Shown: positions 1 to 13,190 of the stretch, in pieces
Position numbering within the stretch: position 1 is the stretch's first letter
Layout of the letters: each line of letters opens with the position of its first letter
From: Octopus sinensis
Taxonomy: Eukaryota
Length of the DNA stretch: 64,000 nucleotides
Direction: 5' to 3'
Assembly (NCBI RefSeq): GCF_006345805.1
Contig: NC_042997.1
Coordinates: forward strand, 77,252,001 to 77,316,000
Program-made: the position numbers and the translations under genes
The notes under the pieces: model-generated
Seen by the model: the letters and a program-made list of their open reading frames with translations, nothing else
Told to the model about the DNA's origin: nothing
The model's database searches: none

Positions 1-545
1 TCATGTGTGAGTGTGTGTTCTTGATACTCGTTTAGAACAAGTAGTTTTACACCAATTACACTATTTTTTCTTAGTTTAAAGGCCGTGGACTGAAGATGTG
101 AAATTTCCGAAGCCTCTCCCCCACCCCCCTTTCGCGAGCGCGCATTTTTTTCATCATAGTCGTTTAGAGCAAGTTGTTTTACACCTATTACGCTGTTTTT
201 ATTTTTGTTTTTGTGCCCGGTTCAGACGCTTTCGGAAATTCCTGATATAAATTTTCCGAAGCCTCTCCCCCACCCCTCTTTCGCGAGTGCGAATTTTTTT
301 TGTCATATTCGTTTAGAGCAAGTTGTTTTACACATATTACACTTTTTTTTTTTTGTTTTGGTGCCCGGGTCAGCCCCCTCAGACGCTTTCGGAACTTCCC
401 GATGTGAATTTTCCGAGGCCTCTCCCCCACCCCCCTTTCGCGTGCGCGAATTTTTTTTTCATATTCGTTCATAGGAAGTTGTTTTACACCTATTACACAC
501 ATTTTTTTTTTGATTTTCTGATAATCGTAATGCCCTATATTAACC
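1..545. repeat. Tandem ~150-bp subrepeat array, probably the right arm of a foldback-type DNA element
   Basis: Units start at ~95, 244 and 401 (gat.t.aa.tttccga.gcctctccc). Related to the TIR at 43013-43181 and ends with the same terminus (..ATTAACC at 545). Confidence 0.7.
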
Positions 546-699
546 CATAATACCAACAAACATGGAATCTTCAACCTTTTTTCTGATCTCATGTAGTGTG
601 ATATGAGCATATGCCTCTAGGATTTCATTTTGTATGGTATCAGATTGAAAATTAACTTAACAGATCCTGATTAACTCTTCATACAGAAACTTCATTCTT

Positions 700-1480
700 T
701 TGTTAACATTGAGGTTGCCAATATGCTGAGACTAGTTTGTTTAGAGGATTTCAGTTTCAATTTCTTTCCATTTGGCCTTCCTGAAATTCAAGTTCATGAG
801 GAGCGAGTCATGTTTGATGTGTGTTTCTCTCTTTAAACTATATACAGATAATTGCATAATGTTGCAATCAGAAATAGCTTTGGAAATGAACTGAACATTG
901 TGAATGAAATCAGTATTGGTGATAAAGACTAGGTCAAGTATGATATTTCCTCTCATTATGGGTAATAATTTATTGCATGAGGAAGTCTTTAATTGTGTCA
1001 AGAAGAGCATTCGTATCTCCCCTGTTCAGTTTAATTCCTGGTTGGATATACTCTCAGATCAGCTGAGACTAAGAAAATTAAAGTCCCCTACTAAAAGTAC
1101 ATTGGCCTGTGAGCCAGCCTCATTTGTGGTTTGACTTATGAGCAACAAAGCATCTTTTAAGTGATCTCCATTGTTAACTGCACCAAGAAGATAGTGGGTA
1201 ATGCCTATGATCAAATTGAGGTCAATCACATGTCATACACTGTGTTGGAGTGGGAGAGGAGGACATTTGTTGCCAGGTCTTCTTGGATGAAGATTGCTAT
1301 TTCTCCTTGTTTCTGTATTCTGTGGTCAATTTTGAGTAGTACTTAACCCGAAATATATTCTTCCACATCCAATATGTCTAGGGTCAGGTGCATTTCACTT
1401 AGTGCTACACATAGTGTTCTCTCGTTGTACAAGGTCTCTCATTGTGCAAGGTCTCTAATATATGATACTTTTGTTCAATT
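700..1480 (-). mobile_element. Degenerate CR1/L2-like LINE, apurinic endonuclease region
   Basis: Minus-strand motifs ALSEMHL, VLLVGDFNF, RGNIILDLVF, SDCN, NFRKAKW, interrupted by stops and frameshifts. Confidence 0.75.
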
Positions 1481-1749
1481 TGTGAAATATGAAAGGCCTT
1501 ATACATTTGGCATTATTATTGAGTTGAGATGAGGGTTAATGCTAGCATGGAAAAACAGATATAAATTCTAAATGTATGTGCGTCATCAAAGTAGGACAAG
1601 TTATGATAATGATAGCTGCTATGTAAGTAAGTAAAATTTCTATTATCAATAGAAACAGTATTGGTTCAGAATAACATTCTGTATATCTTAATGTGGATAT
1701 ACTGTAGAAAGCCACTAAAATCCAGTTTTCATCTTGATAAAGCTTCTTG

Positions 1750-2660
1750 TATTGACATATAGTGTGAAAAAATGCAGAAATGTACCAACAGCAAACAGCT
1801 GCAGTGGTAGAATTGCTAAATCAGGATTTCTGTGTCTGAATGTCATCAGTAGTAAGTATCCACTTGTTAGTCACTGTTTTTCTATATTAGTAAAAAGAAA
1901 ATTTGTAGAAGGATGCTTGCTACTGATGATGTACAGACAGAGAAGTCATGCTTTAACAATTCCACTATCACTGCTTGATGCTTTTTGTCCTACCATGGTT
2001 ATGCTCTTGTGCTTTTTAGCACTCTGCATTTATATGTGAAGCTTTCTCAAAATGAATACTGTAGCTTTGTGGCTTTCTTACGGTGTATCTGTGTTAAGTA
2101 AGGTATACAGAATGCTAAAATAAAATTGTAAGGTTTTTTTTTTAAGCTGAATTCAGATATATAGCTTATCTTCACAACACTTTACTTTTTCATAGAGAAA
2201 TTAGATGGACAAGGTAATATTTTTGTAAAAATGTTTGAATTGCAGAAGAAAATGTTGGCATATTTTATTAATCATAAATTTCAATTATCTGACAGATTAA
2301 CAAACACAGCATGACTCTGAAGATTTGCAAAATTAGCTAGTATTTTTGCAAAATGGAATGAATCATGTTTATCTTTGCACGATAAAATGATATTGTTATC
2401 ACATAAATTGCAACTGTGAAACAAAATGCTTCTGACAGTTTTCCAATTTTTAGTGACACTTATCATCAATCTTATCTGGATTTAGAGGTTGAAATTGGCA
2501 ATCTTATGAAAAATCATCTCTGCTGCTTATTAAAATTTTTAAATCAAAAATAATTATTAGGTACAAAATCCATTTGAACCATGATTTCCAGCAGTGTATT
2601 TGTGAAAATTTAATTGAAATTGATTCAGATACTCAGTGAATGACTAGGTTTGAAGAAGTT
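1750..2660 (+). mobile_element. Degenerate hAT (Buster/Charlie-like) transposase
   Basis: SHCF, FLALC, WLSYG (~RWLSRG), LSDRLTNTA*L*RFAKLASIFAKWNESCLSL (~WL.RLAYLADIF.KLN..NLSL); many stops. Confidence 0.6.
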
Positions 2661-4757
2661 CTGATAGAAAATTACTGGTACAAAATATTTGATAAGTGAC
2701 TATATTTATCAAAACTGACCTCAACTAATTAAATAACAAAAAGCCACACTTCACTCTTGCTTCTCTCTAAATGTATATTAAGTCTGTGTGTGTCCAGAAA
2801 TAAAGTGAAAAATGTCTATGATGCATAGCCACACAGATGGAGTTCAGTTATCAGAAACCATGTAACTAACCACACAACCAACTAAATGAAAAATTCAGAC
2901 TGTGAGAGGTTAAAATATTACTTGTCATATAAGAAGTCAGTTCTGTGTTCAGTCATTAGATTACACTGTATTTTACTAAATACACTCTTTATTCCACCAT
3001 TGAGTTTTTACTTCTTCCAGCTACTTTATAGCTGAAAGATCATTCATATACTTTCTTAATTTGAGATATTTCTACTTCTGCTTATTTGTCTCGCAACATT
3101 TAGTTTTTTTACATGCTTATTATACCAAGTAATAGTCCAGATAATTATATTTTATTACTAATTGGAACATATTTTCAGTTTAAATTACTTTAGAAATAGT
3201 AAAAAAGAAAAAATATTCTTGAAAAATATTGAGTTTACAAAATAAAGGAAAACACAGAATAGTTTATATTTCAATTGTTCATATTTGTGCTTTTTAATAG
3301 TGACAATTACAACAAGAGTAGAAATAAATAGTAAACATGCATTGAATTGATTCTACAGTCTAGTAACAGTTCCCTGTTATAAATTATATGTAATATACAA
3401 TGCTACCTTTCTGTTTAACAAACAAATGCTGAAGCTCTTATGTGATCATTCAAGCTGCTAGGAATAGCCTCCAATCTCCCTGAAAGTATACCCACCATGT
3501 TAAAATTAAAATAACAAAAAGACAGCATAGATACAAGAGAAGCAGAATGGTAATGGGTGTAATACTTTTGATTATAGACTTGTTCTTTTAGAGAAAATTT
3601 TTTGTCTAAGTAGCAAATAAGGAGTCTCTTTTGTTTACTTTATCTGCTAGAAATACCAAGCAAATCTCACTCAAAATGTGTGAGAGAGAGGAAAGCTAAG
3701 ACAGCTCTGTAGAAAAGTGTAGTTACAGAAGCATGCAAGAGAATGTATCAGACTCGTTAGCATGACTGACAAAATGCTTAAATACATATCTCCTGGCTTT
3801 CCATTCTGAGTTCAAATACCAGCAAGGTCAACCTCTGTTGGGGTTGATAAAATAAATATTAGTTAAACCCTGGGCTTGATGAAATCTGCTTATCTCTCCC
3901 CTTAAAATTGCTAGCTTTGTTCCAAAATTAGAATTGTTGTTGCAGTTTTTTTGTATTTTTTTAAGGAACTGAATCTTCTTGAATCATATTTCTGAGTTTC
4001 ACAAGTCAGTTATTCAAATAATTACTGTAGGGAAGCAGTCTAATGAAAAACCCTATTGAAATATGATTACTCATTAGGATTTGATTGGCCATCAAATTTT
4101 AATCTGAAAATAACATCACACGTCCAGCTATTCAAATGTCATGTGCAGATCACATTTTCGCCTTCTATTCACATGCAAAAGCACGTGATATTTCATGTCT
4201 TCAGTTTGATATGTAAGAAAAAAGGAAACTGGCTATTGTTAATGGAGTTTTAGTGTAAGTGAATATCAGATTATCTTTTTGTTCTTTTTATTTTTCCCTT
4301 ACATAACTATTCTTCAGGGTAGGGCTAATCTATGATGTGGGAAATAAACAAGTAAATAGTTTATTTTTCACACAATGGATTTGCCATACCCTAAAACTGA
4401 AAATAAAAAGCATTAAGATATTCATCAACATTAAAACTTCACTAACAATAAATCTTACTTTGCTCTCATATATTTTCACATAAAGCACAGCAGAAATGAA
4501 ATTGTCGTGTGTTCTGCATGTGACAAATACATGAATGTGACACGTTTGCTAACATTTTTCAAACCATTGATGAAATCTTGATGGTTAATTATATTCTGAT
4601 TAAGTTTACAAATAATTTTGTTTACTTATTTTCATACTTCAACTGTTTGAAAGATTGGCAACATGAAACAGAGTTTGATTCAAGTAGCTTCAGCTTCTAA
4701 TGAAATTTCCACTCTTTTCTTTATGTATTGAATACAGTATTATTAATTTGCAAACAT

Positions 4758-4884
4758 AGGTGCAGATATGGCTGTGTGGTAAGAAGCTTGCTTCCCAATC
4801 ACATGGGTCTGGGTTCAGTCCCACTGCATGGCACCTTGGGCAAGTGTCCCTTGTGGGAGGATTTGGTAAATAGAAACTGAAAGC

Positions 4885-4945
<61 letters not shown>

Positions 4946-5527
4946 AAAATGATATATGCATATATATACACACACATGCACATATGAGTACAGGACATCA
5001 CTAACAGTAAACAACATGAAATACGAAAGCAAATGAGTTCAATATGCAAACATTGAGAAAAACAAATGGAAAACAGAACAAATAACATAAAGAACGAACC
5101 TTCATCAGTTGTCAGCTATCTATCTACTCTTCATTTCAAGCATTGAATGACAATATGAGTCTTGGAAGACAGTTGCTCTCTCGTAAGTACCAAAATAAAA
5201 TTGGGGATTTATGGAGGGTCAGGGTTGGGAACAAAAATGGGACAGTGGAGACATACAAGGAAACCGAACAAAAACAAATGTGTGTGTGTGAATGTGTATA
5301 CACACACACACACATATGTTTGTGTGTGAGTCTGTGTTTGTCCCCCTGCCATCGCTTGACAATCAATATTGGTATGTTTATGTCCCCATAACTTAGCAGT
5401 TCAGCAAAAGAGACCAATAGAATAAGTACTAGGCTTACAAAGAATAAGTCCTGGGGTCGATTTCTTCAACCCTTTAAGTAAGTGCTCCAGCAAGGCTGCA
5501 GTCAAAAGACTGAAACAAATAAGAATA
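4758..5527 (+). mobile_element. tRNA-derived SINE (family A), split at its internal microsatellite by a ~340-bp insert
   Basis: Head gtggctgtgtggtaagaagcttgc..gggttcagtcccactg; (TA)n 4888-4941; 3' half resumes at ~5280 and ends ..gactgaaacaaataagaata. Confidence 0.85.
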
Positions 5528-6169
5528 CCCACCAATCCCTGTGTGTGTGTGCATGCGTATGTAATCACTTTATGCCCACTTACCATGCTGGAGTGGGTTG
5601 AATGTTTCAACAGCATCTGATGAGTAAGAAAACCACATTTTGCTCCAACATCTCAGTTTGGGCAAGGTTTCTATCCTAACACTAACCACTTCACAGTGTG
5701 TGCTAGTGAGGTTACTCACAAAAGTTAAAAAAACAACATGACTAAAGGAGAGAATAGGAGAGAGTGATTATTTTAGATGAGGGGATGAGAGAAGTTAATG
5801 TATTAACAAGAGTAATAGAGGAGGGAATATTGGGAGGAGGAAATGGCAAGAAATGAGAAAATGAAGTGTGGTATCAGGGGTTAGTGTGAAAGAAAGAAGA
5901 ACAGAGTAATATGGATGATGAAAGAGAGATAGAAGATAGAATGATGAGGAACCAGAGATGGTGTGAGGAGAGGATCAGTGAAAAAAAAGAGAGAGAGGCA
6001 TGTGGTGTTATTGAAGCTGAGAGAAACATAGGCAAGGGTTGAAGGAAAAGTGAATGGATGCAGTAATAGCAGTGAGAGAAAGAACATCAGTGGAGTATCA
6101 CAGAGGTGGTGAGTGAGCAGAGGATAAGAGTATAAGAGCATCCCAACCACCATCACTGCCATGCTTGTT

Positions 6170-7690
6170 ACCAATTCTCAGTTATTTGTCATCTCTTCTG
6201 TGTGATTCAACATCTTGAAATCAGTTTTCATCACTCATCTTCTGGCCTTTCTAGGATCCCTTTCCACAGGTACTATCCTCTTTGAGTCTTCATAATATTT
6301 TATACAACCACCAACATCCACATACATCACATATTCATACCAATGTCGTCTTCTCTCTTGTTCGCAACATCTGATTCCTCTTATATACAGCTTTTCTCTC
6401 ACATCATTCACGCACACTAACATTACACATTTAGCAACACATATTTGCTTCATGTGTTTCTATTCATCACAAATCTTCTACATTCAAAGCTTATGTCACA
6501 TTGCTATAACGTTACACTTTGCTCACAAGCATCATAAACTTTAGCTTTCACTGGCCCCTTGTTGCCAGTAGAAGTAGTCACTCCCTGAACTTTCCCAACG
6601 TATTCTTACTGAGTACCCACCCTACTGTTAATTAGGCTACCTAGGCAATAGAAATGATTAACTAGTTCTGGGAGATTGAAAGCCACTTAGCTGAATGGCC
6701 TTGTCTTGTCAGTTACTTGGTGATTTCACTAGTGCCAATACCACAAAGAAAGCACCCCATAAACTCTGTAAATTGGTTCACTTTAGGAGGGGCATCTAGA
6801 TGTAGAAACCATACCAAAGCAAACATTGGAATTCAACATAGGCGTCATAGACAAACATTGAATGATGGTGATGCTGATGCTGATGAGGAGGAGGAGGAGG
6901 TGCCTTCTGAACAGTTGAGAGAATTTATTTTCCAGTTGCACTTTGTTCTTTAATGCCCCCATGCACATATGAAGAATGTCTGTGATCCCACTACAGCTGT
7001 TGTGTGTATATTGTTGATATTGAGTACTCTGTATGATGCTTCTACTTACTCCTTTTCTGCATATTAATCATGGCTTTTTCTCTCTCTTTATTTCTTTTTT
7101 TTTTTTTGTATTCTTAGCATAACTTTTTAGTCTTAAGGAAGTCTACGTTAAGGCAGTAAAATTCCAAGTCTGGAATTTTTACACCAAATCTTCCACAGAT
7201 TCGGTTATAAAAACAGTCATCAGCATGCAAGATTTCACCTTAACAGCTAGTCTTAAGCTACTCTGTTTTGATTTGGAAACTACAATAGACAGGAGAGACC
7301 TGAAGACTGAGCCCTGATGGACTCCTTCATGCATATTAAATTCTCCACGGAACTCATTGTTAACTCTCATTTGATTGCACTTCTTCTATACAAGCCTTGT
7401 AAACCTCTCACAAGTCCTTCATTTACTCACTAGATTCCTTTGCAACCTCTAGACAAGACAGTGAGCAACCCTGTCAAAGGCCTTCTGTAAGCCTACAAAT
7501 GTTAGGTATAGAAGCTTGTTCCCTTGCTAAGTACTTCTCTTGCTCTTGTCTCATGTAGAAGGCTTCATGGCACCTTTCCCTTATACAAAGTCAAACTTCA
7601 TTTCATGTAGACTAATCTTGTTCTTCGTCTATTTACCAATAACTCTATATAAACCTAATCCAACAATTTGATGCCTCTGTAGTTTCACCT
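6170..7690 (-). mobile_element. RTE LINE fragment, interrupted by an RTE-tail/SINE piece at ~6700-6990
   Basis: Minus strand GVHQGSV..SLL (7179-7370) and VREKLYIRGIRCCEQERRRHWY..RDPRK (6235-6453). Confidence 0.8.
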
Positions 7691-8504
7691 CTCTAATGCA
7701 TCATTTCATTTGTAAGACTTTACATATACACACATGTACCTGCATAGAGAGAGAGAGGTAGTGAACAGTATGTAGAGAGATGGAGGCAAAATAAACAGAG
7801 ATGAAGGTGTAATGAGAGATGGATAAGTGAGAGAGCAGTAGGGGTACTAATGGTTTATACCAGCATCTACTACCTTTTCCCACAAAATAAAGAGCAACAG
7901 CATACACATATTCTACAAGAAAACTAAGGAACAGTACACATACATACATAAACACTCCTACTCACATATCACAAACATATACACATATAAAAGTAACAAA
8001 GAGGGAAATACAAACAAAAGAAATAATGGAAACCTATATACACAATTAACTTGTAACATTCTGTTTGAAAAATTAAAAGTGCAACACTAATGAATGAAAT
8101 TATTCCTAAAATTGGGCTTGTTTATTCAAATGTATGTGTCTGAAGCCTTATCTGCCATTAACCTTTTAGTGTTCAAACCAGCCAAAATTAATTCCCCTTT
8201 ATTTGTTCAAACCAGCCACATCCGGCTGTATCTGACCGCTCTACAAAATCGCTAAGTAAATAAATAAATCACGTTATTGAATTCTTGTAGCTTTGAGATA
8301 ATGTGAGATGAAGCCTTTCCCACCTTTATTCAAGTATAAATACTGTGAAATTGTTTAGACTACATGGTTTTTTCAATGTCAATCAGAGTTTGTTGTAGTT
8401 TATTAGAAGTGAATTTGTGATATATCGAAGTGTAAATTTTTGCTGCTTTGCAGCAGTTTTTTGATTGTGCTGTCTCTCCATTTTAACAAGAGATAGCAAT
8501 AGCT

Positions 8505-9144
8505 ATGAGAAAAATATTCTATTCAGACCTGAGTGGTTCTGAATTGTCCTCTTCGGAGGAAGAACTGATTATGGCAGTTGATAAAATGGACAGGTGTCTA
8601 GGCAGAAAAAATTTTGCAGAGGCAGCAGAGGTTAAAAGGAAGGAGATGGACATGGCAAACATAGAAGAATACCAATATGCAGAGTGGGTGGTGACGTAAA
8701 GTTGTCACCACCCCAGAAAGTAATGGATGACATGGTTAAGAAAACCATAATATACAAGGTCTACTCGGTGGAAGAGAAGAAGGTCGAACACATGGAAGCC
8801 AAAATAATTGAGAAGATGTGGTAAGGAAGGATATAATATTTTTGGCAAGAGGAAACAAGTACTGGTCAGTGGTGGTCCAATTCAAAACAGAGGAAGGAGC
8901 AAGGAAACATGCTGCAAACATGATGAAGTCAAATAAAGTGATCCTTCTACCTGCTTATCTTGGAAGAAGAACTTCCAAGATTAGGGTAGAAGGAATCCTG
9001 CTAGGCATAGATGTGACTTGGGTTGCGGCAGTGGTTCTCCTAGGAAGTAAGGAGGAGGTGGCCATCCTCCAAAAAGAACTGTGGACAATGGCCGAGGGAA
9101 AAAAAGGAAGAAAGGAGAGTATGATGTGGAACCCTAAACCATAA
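8505..9144 (+). mobile_element. LINE ORF1 fragment (Tx1/L1-like)
   Basis: ORFs 8505-8699 and 8818-9144 (GNKYWSVVVQFKTEEGA..ILLPAYLGRRTSKIRVEG), resembling RRM-type ORF1; recognition from memory. Confidence 0.5.
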
Positions 9145-9668
9145 ACACCCCACCCATACCCTCTCCCTACAGACACCAAACCCACCCATTTCCTTCCTAC
9201 ACAAAGAAAAAGAAAAGAAAAGCAACAAAATTCTCCTCCCTGTGAATCTAGTTACATATGTATATTGACGAACAAGAACAAGGAACTGATAACTAAAGTA
9301 GCTGACTGGAAAACAACAAAATTTGTGTCAGTAGAAGGATATTCAGACATAGGAGGGTGGAACTCATACATGCTACTATCAAAGAGTCAAATGGAATAAG
9401 TAAAGAAATATAAAATAGGATACAAGTATTGGAAAATTAATACAGATTTAAAAAGGATACCGATCAATATAGGATATAAGGAACTGATAGAAAAATATGG
9501 ATTGGACATGTAAAAAGGACTCTCAAGATAAAAGGAAGTAAATGATGCTGTTTGAGGTCCCACATGTAATTGTGTTGTCCCTTCTGTGTTGTCTCCTTGT
9601 GGATGATTAAAATACAATGTTTTTTTTTCAATGTTTGAAGAGAGGTCTGTACCTTAGTTTTTAATCAA

Positions 9669-11315
9669 ATGACGCCAGGAAGTAGTGATTCCGATTTTGA
9701 AGTTTTCACTCTTGACGATATAGAAAATATTAATGCCAGCAAGAGTATTTTGTCTTTGGATGAATCTGGAATTGATATTAGTGAATATTCGTTGGACAGG
9801 GAAGATTTTGAGAACAAAACTGATGAAAATGATATCATAAACATGGCAACATGGTCAAAGATTACAACATCAATCACTATTCCTGATTTCACCGAAAACA
9901 CTGGTCCACAACACAATTTACCTCCTGATGTTCAACCATTGGACTATCTATTTTTATTTTTACCGGAAAGTTTTTTTGAAAATGTTACAGAGAAAATGTT
10001 ACCAGACTGGAGCCTGCTGCAGCCTTCATGGCTTACCAGACCCCGGTCGAACCATCCAACCCATGCTAGCATGGAAAACAGATGTTAAATGATGATGATG
10101 ATGGTGAAACAAATAAATATGCGCAATGTATAATTTCTATTTGCGGAAGAAATGATCCATTATGGCAGCCAACTTATACTGTGGAAATGAGAGCGTTTTT
10201 CACAATCACTATTATGTATGGTGATCCATATATCTCAAGTATAATGTTGAAGACGAGGTATTTGAAAATATCTCGGTATTTACATTTTATTGATTGCTAA
10301 TGCTCCCAGCAAAAACGACCCAAACTATGACCCCCCTGTACAAAGTACGTCCTGTAATTGATTTACTCCTTAAATGTTATAAAACTGTATCTACCTAGGA
10401 AAAATCTCAGTGTAGATGAAACCATGATAGGCTATAAGAGCAAAGTACATTTTCAGCAGTACACACCTGCCAAACCCACTAAATGGGGGATCAAGATATG
10501 GGAAGTATGTGACTCAGATACTGGATATTGTGTAAACTTTGATGTTTACACAGGTAGAAAATATAATGGAAACAGACCATATGGATTGGGACATGATGAA
10601 ATATGGTCTCTTACTGAATCATTTCACCATCAGCACCAACACCTTTATTTTGATCCTTTTTTTTTTCTTCAGTGGCTTTGGCAGAAAATCTTGCCTTACA
10701 CGTGCAGTACTGTTATGGGCAACCATAAAGGTTTACCCCATGAAATGAAAACAAAATTTTACAAATGCAAAAGGAAAATTTATTAGCTACAAAAGACAGA
10801 TTTTATTTCTGTCTTCTAATGAACCACCTGGTGTTGGTGCTTGAGGGGAAACCCCTAGTGAATATTTGTTATTACAAATATAAGGGTGGGTTTGATAAAT
10901 CTGACCAATATCAGGTACATTACTCAGTTGGTTGACCTGTGAAAAAATGGTAGAGGTACATTTTGTGGTTTTTAGTTAATTTAACTATAGTTAATTCATA
11001 TATTGTATATGTAAAAAGCCACAAGGTGCCTCCACCACTAAAGGACTACGACCATTTGACCATTTTGGGTTGACATCGCATCTCAATTACATGAGGGCTT
11101 TTCTTCTAGAAAGCACAAAACTGGGAGAAAAGCAAAATTAACTGAGGTGGATGTCAACAGAGAAAATATTGACTTTCATAAAGTCAAGAAGATAAATGGA
11201 AGAAAAGACTGTGTTCGCTGCAAAAGGCTATCAGATTGAGACTTCGTATATGTGTTCCTTTTGCAAAGTGCCCTTGTGTAAAGGGTGCTTTTGGCAGTTT
11301 CATGACAGAAATATG
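9669..11315 (+). pseudogene. piggyBac (PGBD4-like) transposase fossil
   Basis: Acidic N-terminus; PLDYLFLFLPESFFENV; LSVDETMIGYK..QYTPAKPTKWGIKIW..CDSDTGY..FDVYTG; HLYFD; C-terminal CSFCKVPLCKGCFWQFH; several frameshifts. Confidence 0.92.
9995..10103 (+). mobile_element. 5'-truncated RTE-tail retroposon inserted in the piggyBac ORF
   Basis: cagactggagcc..ccaacccatgctagcatggaaaacagatgttaaatgatgatgatgatg, between FFENVT and ETNKYA. Confidence 0.85.
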
Positions 11316-12821
11316 TCATAACTATATTATTTTATCATATATTCCTTTTCATTTTATTATAAATAATGTGTGAAAGTGAGAAATACATATTAATTTTCAG
11401 TGTTACACACCTGTATTCACCGTTGTCTCACTTGTTAATGAGCTTTTTTTATTAGATGCATTCTGTTACATAAATGAATTCATTAAATTGTATAAGAGTA
11501 TATAGCCAATGATATATTGACTAGTAAAAGTGTTTTGTACTTTATTTTCAATGAAAATGTTTGAATGAAATATAGAGAAGGAATAAAATCTTATACTGAT
11601 TATACCTATATTTTAATTAATTCAAATTAATGTACCTCATCTTGAAAAATGTAAAATTGTTGACAGTTGACATCTGGAATAATTTTAGTAACAAATCAAA
11701 CAGGTAAGAATATGAATTTTAGTGTTTATTCATAATGTTATTGTTTTTACACCTGTTAATTAAATTTACCCTCCCATAAAAGTCAAATTTAATCAGAAAG
11801 ATCTGCTAAAATTATGTAACTATAAACCACTGGCATATAAGCACCCATTTACAAAATTTCAAATCTGTATGTAGAAAATTAACAAAGTTACAAGCAAGTA
11901 TTGTGGACACCCCTCTTAAACCTGAATAAATCAAAATTAATGTGAACAGATAAGCATTACATTTGACAAATTAATCTGAACATCAATTAAATCATCAGAT
12001 AAGTTCTCACTCAAAGAATAATTTGCAGTCACTTTTTCCATAGAAGAAATTCTGGAAACAAAGCAAAAATTCAGCAGCACATGGAATTAATAAGAATGGT
12101 GTAGAATATAAATAAATGAGAGGAAGGGATTAAAGTTTCCTCTCTTTGAGATAATAAAATGAATTTGAACAAGGGTGGATTGACTTGTTGTTTCAGGTGG
12201 TATAGGACTGACAACAGATGTGGCTGCATGGATTTGTGTCATACAGAATATTGAGAATGAGTGTGAATATGCAAAGTAAGTAGTGGGGAGACAAAAGCTA
12301 ACAGCAGATCAAAAGTGGCTATGTTGTAAGAACTATGGCATCTTGGGCAAGTATCATCCAAAGCCTTCTGAGTGGATTTGGTAGGCAGAAACTGAAAGAA
12401 GCCAATTGTATGTATGTTTGTGTATCTATGTTTGTCACTCAGTGGGTCAGCAAAAGAGATTGATAGAATAAGTACCAGACTTTAAAAAAAGTGCTGGAGT
12501 CAATTTTCATTCAAGTAAAAATTCTTCAACGCAGTACCCCAGTCAAATGACTGCAACAAGTAAAAGATAAAAATATAATCATTGGCATGAACACTGAAAT
12601 GCTTGGCAACCAAAAGGAAAGTTCAGACAAGTAAGAGAGAGAGAGTTCATTGTATATAATACAATTCTGATGAATAACAATCAGATCATCATTTTCCAAA
12701 TCATTCTCCGCCTAATGATCACAAGTATGGTTTGCATAAAGCTAGATCTACTGTTACCTACCAGAAGAGTCTCTTGTCTTGAAAGAACTTGATGAAAGTA
12801 ATCAGCAAAGTTTTTTGGGGT

Positions 12822-13190
12822 TTTTTTATTGTCTTACATCTTCCTCTTTTATCTTTTACTTGTTTCAGTCTTTAGACTGTGGCTTGCTGAATCGACACCA
12901 GTATTTCTTTTTCTCTTTAAGCTTGGTACTTATTCTGTTGATCTCTTTTGCCAAACAGCTAAGTTACAGAGATGTAAACACATCAACACTGGTTGTCAAG
13001 TGGTGTTGAAAGACAGGTACAGACACAAAGATGCACATACATATGCAATGGGCTTCTTTCAGTTTCCATCTATCAAATCCACTCACAAGACTTTGGTCAG
13101 GCTATAGCAGAAGACAGTTGCCTATGGAACCACACAGTGGGACTGAACCCAGAACCATGCTGTTGGGAAGCAAACTTACCACATAGCCAC
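12822..13190 (-). mobile_element. SINE family A, near full length
   Basis: Reverse complement of the family A head, core and tail. Confidence 0.8.

Noticed and set aside
5090-5150. Minus-strand GAAA...CTGATGA as a hammerhead
   Set aside because: The motifs are in permuted order and no stem I can be formed between them.
8158-11995. A MITE split by the LINE ORF1 and piggyBac insertions (halves at ~8158-8325 and ~11930-11995)
   Set aside because: It rests on a remembered consensus; no second copy or intact right TIR in the window confirms it.
12197-12275. Exon-like segment (tttcag|GTGGTATAGG...GCAAA|gtaagt, GIGLTTDVAAWICVIQ...) as the upstream NUP188 exon
   Set aside because: It ends in phase 2 while the next exon needs phase 0, and similarity to the expected peptide stops after about 7 residues. 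A cryptic exon cannot be excluded without RNA-seq.
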